Virus record (IMG/VR): IMGVR_UViG_3300028586_000755
Span: 1 to 28,162 of that record
Source: a virus
Taxonomy: Duplodnaviria; Caudoviricetes
DNA: 28,162 nt
Reading direction: 5' to 3' (one strand)
Every line of letters begins with the position of its first letter. Position 1 is the first letter of the stretch. Positions 1 through 9,300 of the stretch are shown one piece after another. The translations under genes and the position numbers were made by a program. Below the pieces are notes generated by a model. That model saw nothing but the letters and a program-made list of their open reading frames with translations. It had not been told where the DNA came from and made no database searches.

Positions 1-1023
1 TTAGATGCCATAAGTGTATTGGTGACGAGCGTTAGCCGGGTAAGGCCCCGCAGCATTGTAGATATAAGCAGGGTGGTCGTGCGCGTTGCCCCCGGCATCT
101 TTCACCGAGATAGTGCCTTTGGGCACGTAGGCGGCCGTGATATTGGCGCCTTGGTTGTCGAGGTCAAAGACGCTTTTTAGCGTATTGCCCGGCGGCAAAA
201 TGATGGCGAAGTCCTTTTGGCTGGTGCCCGTTTCGAGTATGCCCACTGAGCCCTGGTTGGTGAGCACAGACGGGAGCGCCCGCACGGCGTCCGAGGTTGA
301 AAGCGTGCCACTAAATGGCCCCCTGAACACGCGGTAGTAGCCGGTGTAGTAAATAATAGAGCTGCTCAGCCCCACCTCAGCCGCTTGCGGGGCGTTAGGG
401 TTGCGCACGGCGGGCGTGCGGGGGTCGGGCGTGTTGCCGGGCGAAACCGTTTTAATGGGGCCGGCGGCGTAGTCAGCTACGGCCCAAATACCCGTAGGCG
501 TGAGGCTGCGCACCATCTGCACCGCGCGACTAATGGGGGAGGCAGTAGCGCTAGCGCCCGCTTGCGCTTGGTTGCCGCGGTAGGCGCGCATGGCAGTTAC
601 TGGGCCCGCGTCACCTTGGAAGAACGTGCCCGTAATGGTGTTGCTTACGGACTCGCCCACCTCGCCATCAGCAGGGGCGGACTGCGCTACTTCGACGCGG
701 GCCGTAGTATAAGTTGGGAATATATTCTCTACTAGCGCCTTGTAGAAAAAATCGTGGTCGTAAGGAGTGCCCTTCTTAATGAAGTCACCCGTCTTAATCG
801 TACCCATTGTTTTGCCGCCCGCCAGCGACACAGTGTAGTCAACCAGGGCCACAGCTGCCCCGCCAGACCCTGCGCCAGGCATGCGGGCCCCAGGTACGCG
901 GTGCGTCTTTTTAGTAGTCGGATGCTGACCCAGGAAAAGGGCATCCGTAGCGGGGCCAGTTCCTGGGTATTCAGTTATCCTGCTATCTGAAAGGTCAATA
1001 CCTTCTGCGGTTATATCGGGCAT
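1..1023 (-). CDS. Putative tail fibre / virion appendage protein (340 aa)
   Basis: Downstream of baseplate genes, start overlaps the upstream stop (TAATG). Short N-terminal module (SRITEYP...ALFLG...KTHRV), a Gly-rich linker (GAGSGGAA), then beta-rich domains. Confidence 0.55.
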   Translation of the reverse strand: MPDITAEGIDLSDSRITEYPGTGPATDALFLGQHPTTKKTHRVPGARMPGAGSGGAAVALVDYTVSLAGGKTMGTIKTGDFIKKGTPYDHDFFYKALVENIFPTYTTARVEVAQSAPADGEVGESVSNTITGTFFQGDAGPVTAMRAYRGNQAQAGASATASPISRAVQMVRSLTPTGIWAVADYAAGPIKTVSPGNTPDPRTPAVRNPNAPQAAEVGLSSSIIYYTGYYRVFRGPFSGTLSTSDAVRALPSVLTNQGSVGILETGTSQKDFAIILPPGNTLKSVFDLDNQGANITAAYVPKGTISVKDAGGNAHDHPAYIYNAAGPYPANARHQYTYGI

Positions 1024-2807
1024 TACAGATTGACTTTTAAGAATTTTTGATTCGCCAGCAGGAAGGGTCCCTTGCCTGTTGTCGTGTCTCCCGTATCATC
1101 ACGGTTGCCAGCGCCCAAGAATCCTTTGCGCTCCAGCAAGGCAGAGCCCTTGCCCAGCGAGTAGCGCTCAACTGGCTCGTAGGTGTATTCTCCTTCGAGT
1201 ACTACCGGCACCTCGTCTATTTTCACGAAGTCGTGGGCGAAAGCCACGAACAAGACCTCATGCAGCCAAGATGGTAGCAGTAAGGCCTCGAAGTGCACCT
1301 TGCCGTAGACGCTAGCCGAGAGCAGCACTAACTCGCTGTCATCGTTGCGCAGCACCGTCTTTTCGCCCGTTGGCCGGCGGTCAAAGAAGCGGCACATTAT
1401 CCGCTGGCGGTTCACCAGTCCATGCGAGTAGTTGAGGCCAAAAGCGTTGTCGAAATTGCGGTAGCTGACCACCTTCGTATCGGGGTGCATGCTTGCTACC
1501 TTTATTGGCTCAGACTCGGCTAGGGCGCTACCAAAATCAGTATCCGTGGCCGTGATTTGGCTGTAGTAGCACCCACCTGCAATGCTTAAGAATGGCACCA
1601 CAAACTGGTAGGTGTCGTACTGCTGCACTAAGTAGGTAGTGGTCAGGCTTCCATCAATGCGGATATTACCCGAGGGGAACGCGCCCAGTACACGCAGGTA
1701 GGGTACGGCGGCGGCGGCATCCTCCAGTACATCGCGCAAAGGATAGGTGCGGTCAAGGCTAGTGCCCGTTGAGCTAATAGTAACCCGCTGCCCTGGCAGG
1801 AAAGGCAAAGGCAAGGCATCTTCATTGAAGTAGATGCGCGTGAAGCCCGCCATTGGGTCCGGCTTTAGGTACACCTCGAAGCTAGCCGTTTGGCCGGCGC
1901 CTGTCTGCACCTTCACCCCCGGCACCGTCAATACGACGGTGTTATCCGCGCACTTGCGCAGCGTCAGTACGGGAGCACCTTGGTAGTTACTGAGCGCCTG
2001 TAGCACTAGCGTATCAGCCTGCTCTACCTTTTGGCAGTAGTGCTCAATATTGAAATCAAGTGGGCTTTCGTCGGCTAGCAGCGTATTATCGAATATGGGC
2101 GCCCCAGCCACCACGTAGCGCAGCGACTGCATCTTAGGCACATCAAAGTAGGCCTGCCGTACTGGTGGCGTGTACTGACATGAGCCATCATCCTCGGTAG
2201 CATCGGGGCTGTAGTTGTCCGCAGCAGGGTCAGTGCACCCCCGAACAGCAGGCACCAAGTACGGGTCTACCGTGACCGTGAACGATACCGATTGCTGCAA
2301 ATCGGGCGTGCTATCGGCGAGCGCCCCCGCATACGTGCCAGCTGGCACGTTCAAGAAAGTGGCTTCTAATTGCCCCTGTGCGTTGGGCGTTAGCTGCTGA
2401 CGCAGGTCTACGCCAGCCAAGTACGCAAACAGTGGCGCTATTCCTCCGCTACCTCGCACGGTAACGGTGCCGCCGGTGGTGGCGGTGGCCGGGGTGCTGC
2501 TTATATAGTCAAGCGAAAGCGCTGGGCCGCACCCAATCACAAACTCTCTTTCCCTGCTCGCATAGCGCGCCTGGTTGGCTGTGTCTACTGCAGTGACAAC
2601 AGAAACGTATCTCCCGTTTGGCAGCGCCGAAACATAAGCTGGGAGAAAATTAGGGTCAAGGCCTGTGCCGAAGTCCCGGCCGGCCGTATTGACAACCGAC
2701 CAGTAGTAGGAAGCTCCGTCCGGGGCCGCAGAGGAAAGCTCAGTAAGCGTTAATAGCCCTGCTCCGTTTTGGCACCCGCTCGATATAGAAGCTGATAGGG
2801 AGGGCAT
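1023..2807 (-). CDS. Tail/baseplate structural protein (594 aa) with an SprB-like repeat and a GCTDPxAxNY...DDGSC motif
   Basis: Second gene of the baseplate operon. Contains GTVTVRGSGGIAP...NVPAGTY and GCTDPAADNYSPDATEDDGSC. Ends GPFLLANQKFLKVNL. Confidence 0.6.
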   Translation of the reverse strand: MPSLSASISSGCQNGAGLLTLTELSSAAPDGASYYWSVVNTAGRDFGTGLDPNFLPAYVSALPNGRYVSVVTAVDTANQARYASREREFVIGCGPALSLDYISSTPATATTGGTVTVRGSGGIAPLFAYLAGVDLRQQLTPNAQGQLEATFLNVPAGTYAGALADSTPDLQQSVSFTVTVDPYLVPAVRGCTDPAADNYSPDATEDDGSCQYTPPVRQAYFDVPKMQSLRYVVAGAPIFDNTLLADESPLDFNIEHYCQKVEQADTLVLQALSNYQGAPVLTLRKCADNTVVLTVPGVKVQTGAGQTASFEVYLKPDPMAGFTRIYFNEDALPLPFLPGQRVTISSTGTSLDRTYPLRDVLEDAAAAVPYLRVLGAFPSGNIRIDGSLTTTYLVQQYDTYQFVVPFLSIAGGCYYSQITATDTDFGSALAESEPIKVASMHPDTKVVSYRNFDNAFGLNYSHGLVNRQRIMCRFFDRRPTGEKTVLRNDDSELVLLSASVYGKVHFEALLLPSWLHEVLFVAFAHDFVKIDEVPVVLEGEYTYEPVERYSLGKGSALLERKGFLGAGNRDDTGDTTTGKGPFLLANQKFLKVNL

Positions 2808-5020
2808 TAGTTAGCGCGTAAAAGGGTGAAGGAAGCCTGCCCCGACTCGGGCGCGCATTCTACTTTGAGCACGTAGCCGCCGTGGCGCTGCCCTTTCCCA
2901 TCGAGGAAGGAGATTTTGCCATAGGGGCTCTTCATCAGCTGGCGCAGCTGCTGACGCCGCAGCTTAGCGGTGAACGTGTGCTGCTCGGCCAGATAGATTG
3001 GGGCGGCCAGGTCCGTAATGGTTGGGCTAGCGTGCTCGTCAACGGGCGCGGCCTCCATGCGTAATTGACTTACTAGCTTGTCGTTGCCCTCTACCTTGGT
3101 GAGTTGCAGCTTCTTACCCGCCGCAGCTTGAGGGGCGAGCCCGGCACGGATAAAAGCTCCATGCTGGCGTAGCATCCGGGCCGGCGAAAGGCGCAGGTTG
3201 TAGCTGGTTTCTGGCGAAAGAATACCCGTCACGCTACTAAAGGCTTCGTTTTTCTCCGTCACTAACCCACCCGAAGGCGAGCGGCGCAGGCACACCAAAA
3301 ACAGGTCTTGGTCAGCACCACCTTCCTTGTTCGTGCCCATCACAAACTGTTGGCGACGGGTTTGCTCCAGCACGTAGCCGGCCGTAATCATGTCGCTCAA
3401 CGCCGAATAGGTGGCCTTCTGCGAGTTGAGCGGCAAAGCATAAGTGCGCTGGCCATTGAATTCGTCCAGGCCCACGGCTGCGCCCGACTGCCAACGCTGG
3501 TAGCCGATATGCACCTCGTTGTGGAAGCCTGGCAAGTAGGGACTGGTAGCCAGCCCTTGCACGGCACCGAGGCGCAAGGTTTCTTTTTGCTGAAAGAAGA
3601 AGCTGCGCGGCTCAATCCGCAGCGTGGGTTTCCCATCCCGCTGCTCAATACCCAGCCCGAGGCAGTCAGTGCTATCGAGCGAATTATAGACCTTACTGAA
3701 CGCTGCTGTAAGGGGCTTGCGCGGGTCAATCCCATCATCGCCCACCGTGTAGGGGTCTGTAGGTAACGGGAAGCCCCGCAGGCCAAATCCGTTGGTGATG
3801 AAGCGCAGCGAACCAGCCCCATCCATTGCGTAGCCGAGGTCAGTGCGGCCGAAGTGCTCGGAATAGAAGTTGCCGCCATCGGTCATAGCGGCGACTAGGT
3901 GCTGGAAGGCCTCGTAAATCAGCACGCCGCGGCAGCTGGTTTCAGGAGTCGTAGACTCGGCCGTGATGGTGAAGTAGCTCCCAGCCAGCATTTGGCCGGA
4001 AATGGTTGAGCGATACCGAATTCCGGTTCCAATACCCCCGATGTCGTGCACGAAGTAGCGGGTGTACAAGTAGATAGTATCGCCAACCTGCACGTCAATC
4101 GTGTAGCGTCGCACGCCGGTTTTTACCTCACCTACGTAATCACCGCCTAGGTTTTCTTCCTTGAAGAACGAGATTAGGGGATACTCAGCTATCGTAGCCT
4201 GCCCACGCTTTACACGCAAAAACCCATCGCCCTCGACGGTTTCAAACTCCGGGCCGTCCCCATTATTGGTAGCCGAAACGCTGGCGCGCAGGTCAAATTC
4301 AATAACGAATGTGCCGTTCTCCTTTGCGGTGTAGAGCGCAGGCACATCAGTTGCGTTCCCCTGCACAAACCCGCCCGCAAACGGTTCCAGGCCTAGGTCA
4401 TTATCACGCTGGGTATCGAAGCCAAAGAGCAGCAGCTGCTCGTGGCTCAAATCATCCTCATCGCCAAACATGAGGCCAGGCGAAAGGTCGGCGTCTGCTT
4501 TCTGGCTCGCGGCATACTTGAGCCGCAGCATCTGCGAGTGCAGCGCGATGATAGTAGGCGTAGGCGGAGCTATATAACCACCCCCAAGGGAAGTGCTCCC
4601 AAACAGGTCTACTTCGCTATCAGCCCGAGCTAGCACGCTCGTGGCGAATCCTGTTTCCTTGAGCTTCACTGATACGCCAGCCGTGGTATCGCGGTACGTT
4701 GTGAAGTCCACTTGCTGGCGTAGCACCAGCGCATTGCGGTACTCGTTCGGGTCGCGCTCGAATACATTCAGGGCCGATACTGCATCAATACCCCCCGCGG
4801 GAATAGTCTGCCCGTTGGCATCAATACCACCCCGGTAGAGGGTGCGCAGGTACTCTCCGCCTGTCTTCCAGAAAGTGAGGTCAGCGGAGCCCGTCAGCAT
4901 TACGCCCCAGTAGCGCTCGTCTCGCTGGAATAGATACTTCAAGCCATCCCAGCCCACCGGCGCCACGTCGAGCGGCAGGGGCTGTAGTTGGTCGGAAGTA
5001 GCGACGAATTTGAGGGGCAT
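2807..5020 (-). CDS. Baseplate / distal-tail / hub-like protein (737 aa)
   Basis: First co-oriented gene after the tape measure; size and beta-rich composition fit. Call is by synteny. Confidence 0.6.
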   Translation of the reverse strand: MPLKFVATSDQLQPLPLDVAPVGWDGLKYLFQRDERYWGVMLTGSADLTFWKTGGEYLRTLYRGGIDANGQTIPAGGIDAVSALNVFERDPNEYRNALVLRQQVDFTTYRDTTAGVSVKLKETGFATSVLARADSEVDLFGSTSLGGGYIAPPTPTIIALHSQMLRLKYAASQKADADLSPGLMFGDEDDLSHEQLLLFGFDTQRDNDLGLEPFAGGFVQGNATDVPALYTAKENGTFVIEFDLRASVSATNNGDGPEFETVEGDGFLRVKRGQATIAEYPLISFFKEENLGGDYVGEVKTGVRRYTIDVQVGDTIYLYTRYFVHDIGGIGTGIRYRSTISGQMLAGSYFTITAESTTPETSCRGVLIYEAFQHLVAAMTDGGNFYSEHFGRTDLGYAMDGAGSLRFITNGFGLRGFPLPTDPYTVGDDGIDPRKPLTAAFSKVYNSLDSTDCLGLGIEQRDGKPTLRIEPRSFFFQQKETLRLGAVQGLATSPYLPGFHNEVHIGYQRWQSGAAVGLDEFNGQRTYALPLNSQKATYSALSDMITAGYVLEQTRRQQFVMGTNKEGGADQDLFLVCLRRSPSGGLVTEKNEAFSSVTGILSPETSYNLRLSPARMLRQHGAFIRAGLAPQAAAGKKLQLTKVEGNDKLVSQLRMEAAPVDEHASPTITDLAAPIYLAEQHTFTAKLRRQQLRQLMKSPYGKISFLDGKGQRHGGYVLKVECAPESGQASFTLLRAN

Positions 5021-5042
5021 GGCAGCAGTGGGTTACTCACTG

Positions 5043-5073
5043 CGAAGGTAACGGACTTTTAGTTAGTTGACAA
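5043..5073 (-). promoter_or_regulatory. Bacteroidetes-type promoter for the baseplate/fibre operon
   Basis: Minus strand TTG (5073-5071), 20 nt, TACCTTCG (5050-5043), versus consensus TTTG-N19-21-TAnnTTTG. Confidence 0.65.
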
Positions 5074-5080
5074 GTAAAAT

Positions 5081-5097
5081 TTAAAGTAATACTTTAA
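5081..5097. promoter_or_regulatory. Palindromic operator, copy A
   Basis: TTAAAGTA-A-TACTTTAA, perfect 8-1-8 inverted repeat, 7 nt upstream of the -33 TTG. Confidence 0.85.
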
Positions 5098-5161
5098 CTA
5101 TTTGGCCAGCCCTGTCACACGGGGCTGTAATGAGGCTGCGCAGGCCGCTATATATTCAGGC

Positions 5162-5560
5162 ATGAAAACATCACTACTACTCGCTGGCTTACTCTTGCCC
5201 TTGCTTGGGTGTGGAGATAAAGGGTCGGAGCCAGCGCCAGCAGACCCCTTCTTAGGTAGCTGGAAATCGGAAACCCTGCGTAGCGTTTCGTATGATGCCA
5301 ACGGCAAAGTCTTGACTGACAAAACCACCAATAGCCCGTCAACGCTTGAGGTAACAGCTACTACCCTTTCATTTAGCGCCACTGATACCAGCCCCTACGC
5401 GCGTAATGGCGAAGCGCTAACGGTCACGCCTAAGAATGGCACTGCTGGCGAAACCTACTTTGCCCGTAACCTTACCAAAGACTCTTTTACGTTTGAGTTC
5501 AATGGGCCTAAAACAGCCGGGAAGGGGTATTACATTCAGACAATTCCCTATCACCGCTAG
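5162..5560 (+). CDS. Lipoprotein moron, lipocalin-like (132 aa from ATG 5162)
   Basis: Signal peptide II MKTSLLLAGLLLPLLG|C followed by FLGSWK (lipocalin-like GxW). Opposite strand to the morphogenesis genes. Confidence 0.75.
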   Translation: MKTSLLLAGLLLPLLGCGDKGSEPAPADPFLGSWKSETLRSVSYDANGKVLTDKTTNSPSTLEVTATTLSFSATDTSPYARNGEALTVTPKNGTAGETYFARNLTKDSFTFEFNGPKTAGKGYYIQTIPYHR

Positions 5561-5584
5561 GGTTATGATGCTATGTATACCAGC

Positions 5585-6328
5585 ATGAAAGCCTTTTTGC
5601 GCCTACTTTTTTGTGCCAGCCTTTTTATAGCTTCTTGTAACACTCAAGCCGATACTCGGCAAAAAGCCTTAAAAAAGGCTCAGGGGTATATAAAGCAGGG
5701 CATGTTATCCACTGCTTATTTTACACTTGATAGCGTGCTTCTTTCCAATCCTTCAACTGACACGGCTTACTATTTACACGCCGACTTGCAGCAGGCTACT
5801 GACACAAAATTGTTAGAGGCCCATGCCAGCAAGGTAGCTAACGAAAAGGACGGGTGGCAGAGGCTGACAAAGGATGGATATACCTCGACTGACTTTGGGC
5901 TTCACTTTCCAAGCAGCATGGGATTTATGAAGACTCAACTGCTTGCCATGAAGGCTCAGATGCCCCGGCTAGCTGCTCAGCGCGAAAAGGACCGAAAGCA
6001 GGCTGCAGTAGCAGCGGCAGAGGTGATGGATAAGCAGGCCAAATTAGCAGTTGAAAACGAGGTGCTGCTAGAGGCCGAAAACTATGAAAAAAGGGGCAAA
6101 GTAGAGGCTGGCCTACGCGAGACATTTCTTGACCAAGGCATGGATGTTGAGGTTAAAGTGTCCGGCAAAAGAAGAAGCCGCATAACGTTAACCTATGCCC
6201 TTATGGGGGCTGTCATGTCTCACCAAATGAAGAAGGCGGGGAATATTGATGCCTTGCTTGACTTGGGATTCAAAGAGGTTGTTCTCGCTGATGGCTATGA
6301 CTATCGCACTATTTGGAGGCGCAAATAG
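5585..6328 (+). CDS. Lipoprotein moron (247 aa from ATG 5585; alternative start 5573)
   Basis: Signal peptide II MKAFLRLLFCASLFIAS|C, helical/coiled-coil middle, alpha/beta C-terminal domain. Converges on the tape measure stop. Confidence 0.75.
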   Translation: MKAFLRLLFCASLFIASCNTQADTRQKALKKAQGYIKQGMLSTAYFTLDSVLLSNPSTDTAYYLHADLQQATDTKLLEAHASKVANEKDGWQRLTKDGYTSTDFGLHFPSSMGFMKTQLLAMKAQMPRLAAQREKDRKQAAVAAAEVMDKQAKLAVENEVLLEAENYEKRGKVEAGLRETFLDQGMDVEVKVSGKRRSRITLTYALMGAVMSHQMKKAGNIDALLDLGFKEVVLADGYDYRTIWRRK

Positions 6329-6332
6329 CTTT

Positions 6333-9300
6333 TTACTTAATAAATCGGCGCACAGTTCCTACATAGTGAGTTAGCTGCCTAGCAGTCTCCACGTCAGCAT
6401 CACTGCCCCGGTGCACGATAATCTTGGGCGCCTGAATCTTCTTGAGCGCGGCCGTATTGGCAGCAAGGTTTTCGGCTAGCTTATTATACCCTTGCCCAGC
6501 CGCAGCCTCACGAGCAGATGCCGCACTGTGCGCCGCCCCACTGAGCGCTTGCGCTACAATGCCTGGCTGTTGCTGCGCCTGCGAGTGACTGAGGCCAGCA
6601 GAGGCTAGCATTGCCGTAGTTTCTTGGGCGGTAAATACTTTATCACCTTCCCCCAGGCGCACAATGGCTTGCTCGGCCACGTACTTAAACCGGCCCGTCT
6701 TTTTCTCCTGGATAAGCTCAGGGCCGCGCTCGGACACGGTAGCTAGTTCGGCCGGGCCCGACTTACGGCCTTTGAAGTAAGCAGGCAGCGGTTTGCTTAG
6801 GATAACCGCTTCTTGTAACGCCCCTAGGGCTAGCGCAATACCGGCCGGGATAAGACCAGCGGGCAGGCCATACTCGGCAATCGACTTGGCTACGGCTACG
6901 GCGGTGTTGATGGCCACCGAAATAACGGCTTGGTCGCGCTCGTTTTTGGCCTTGTCGTAGTTGAGCTTTTTAAGCTGCTTATCGTACTTCTTTTGGATAG
7001 CTTCCTTGGCAGCGGTGTTTTCGCCGGCCGCCTTGATTTCGTTGTCGTAGGCCTCCTGGGTGCGCTGAATGTCCGCGTCAATCAGATTGCCTTTGATGGC
7101 GAAGAACGCGGCCTCGGCTTCCTGGGTGAACGAGCCTACCTTCTCAATAAGAGCAATACGCTCGGCCGTTTTTCGGTCTTCCTCCGCTAGCAGCGCCTCA
7201 TTAAATTCCTTCTGCGAGTTGAGGGTGTCCCGGTGATACTTCTTATCGAGTTCCAAGGCTGCAGCCGCCGCAGCAAGGCGGTTCTGACTGCTCTTCTTTG
7301 CAAAGTCCCGTTCCGAGATTTCGCGGCGGGCCAGCTGGCCTACTAGGTCGGTGCTTACGGCTTGCTCGGCATTCTTGATTTTCTCTAGCTCGTACTGGTA
7401 GGTTACGACAAACTTTTGCAAGTCAGCCTTGAGCTTGTCGAAGTCGATAGTGGGTACCTTAAACTCAAGCGGCTCGACTGCCTGAGCCTTCCGCAAGTCC
7501 TTGTTCGCCTGCTCAATCTGCCGCCCTTCTTGGCGCCGAATCTCTACCCGCCGTAAGCTGGCCTGCTGCTCGATGTCGGTTATCTCGGCCTGCGTGATAT
7601 CCTTCTTTTTGAGTTGGCGTACGCGGTCGTTTTCCGCCTCGGCTAGCTTCTCCTGCGCTTCAGCACGGGCAATCTTGATGCGAATAGCGGCCCCGTCGCG
7701 CTGTATCTGCGTGGCGAGGTCTTCGCTACCCCGTAGGCGCTTATTGGCCACTTCCGGCGAGATTTGCCCGTCTTCGAACAGTTTGCCTTGCTGAGCTTGA
7801 TAGGCTCGCAGGCTTTTTAGGCGTTCCTCATTATCAGCTAGCTCGTCACGAAGCGCACTTACTCGGTTCTTAGCGCGCTGCACTTGGGCCCGGTCCAGCT
7901 GCAATTCAGCGGCCGTTTCCTCATCGGCGGCCTCGGCCCCGTCTTTTTTCGCTTGAGTGTTCTGCCCTTCTAGCTTAGCTAAGGCAGCCACGGCCTGGCC
8001 GCGCAATCGCTGCTGCTCGGCTAGGTCTTTTTCGGCCACCAGTAGCGCCTGCGCGGCATCCTGACCAGCGCGGGTGGATAGCACGCCCTGATTGTTGCGC
8101 GGAGCCGTGTTGAGGGTGTTTTGGGCCGCCGCAGCCCGTAGGTTCGCCTCCGTTATCAGGCGGTCGTACTGCGCAATATCATTCTTGAAGAACTGAATAT
8201 TGCTTTCAGCCGCCTGTCTGCGCTTGTCGATGGCCGCTTGAATAGCTGCGGCGTCATCGGTGCCGAATTGTTTGAGCAGAACGCTACGGGTCTTTGCTAA
8301 GTCTAGCTCCTGCGCCGAGGTGCGCCCTGTGGTATTGGCTAGGTCTATGTAGCTTTTTAGCAGCTCCTGCTGGGCGCCAGTTTGCTTGCGGGCGGCTAGC
8401 GTGTTCTCTACAATGCTTTTGGTGTAGTCGGTCAGTGGCTTATCTACCAGCCCCACCTTCTGGCCAATGTAAGTAAGCCCATCGCCAATCTGCCGGAAGG
8501 GTTCGGCTACGAGCTTGAATAGCTCGGCCTCAACTGCCACCAGGAATTTGAGTACGTTAGCGCCAGTGCCAGAGACAAAGAAGTTCTTGAGCGAGTTAAC
8601 GTTGCGGTCTACCGTGCCGGCTAGCGTGTCGTTGATAACGGCCGCCTCAGCGGCAAGGCTAGTAGCATCGCGTAGCTGCTGGTTCGCCGTTTTCTGACGC
8701 TCTGCAAATAACTCGGTATTTTGGGCCAGGGTGAGGATAGCCGTGCGCGCTTCGCCACTTTCGAGCTTCAACGTGCCGAGGCGCTTGGCTACTTCCGTAG
8801 TGCTCGCGTTACCCGCGTTCAATCCTTTCAGGAATAGCTGAATAGCTTGGTTAAAGTCTGTATTAACAAGCCGCGTGTACTCCTTGAGAGTGAGGGCTGG
8901 ATTGGCTTTTTGGGCAATCTCAAAGGCCTCCTTTGTTTTGGTGCTCAGCGTGGAGAACAAGCGGCCCAGCGAGCTGCCTGCGACCTCTGCCCGGCTGCCG
9001 GTCTCTTCTAATACCGCAGCGTACGCAAGCACATCCTTAAGCCCTAGGCCAGACTGCACCGCAATGCCGCCTACCCGCTGGGCTACGTCTGTCAAGAACG
9101 GCGCCGTAGCACTACCCACAGCGCCTAGCTCGTTTACGGCTGAGCCAATGGCTAAAATATTCTGCGATACATCGCCACCTAACTCTTTTCCAAAGACGTT
9201 GGAAATTTTTCCGAGAATTGTGGCGATTTCTTCTGCACCACCTGCGAAATCATTCCCAAGGGCTTGCACTGCCGTGTCGATAGCCTTGGTAAAGTCTACC

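Noticed and set aside
1-2807. Diversity-generating retroelement or invertible fibre cassette
   Set aside because: No reverse transcriptase, invertase, or template/variable repeat pair was seen in the window.
5098-5382. Minus-strand 94-aa ORF
   Set aside because: Shadow of the plus-strand lipoprotein, which has a clear lipobox.
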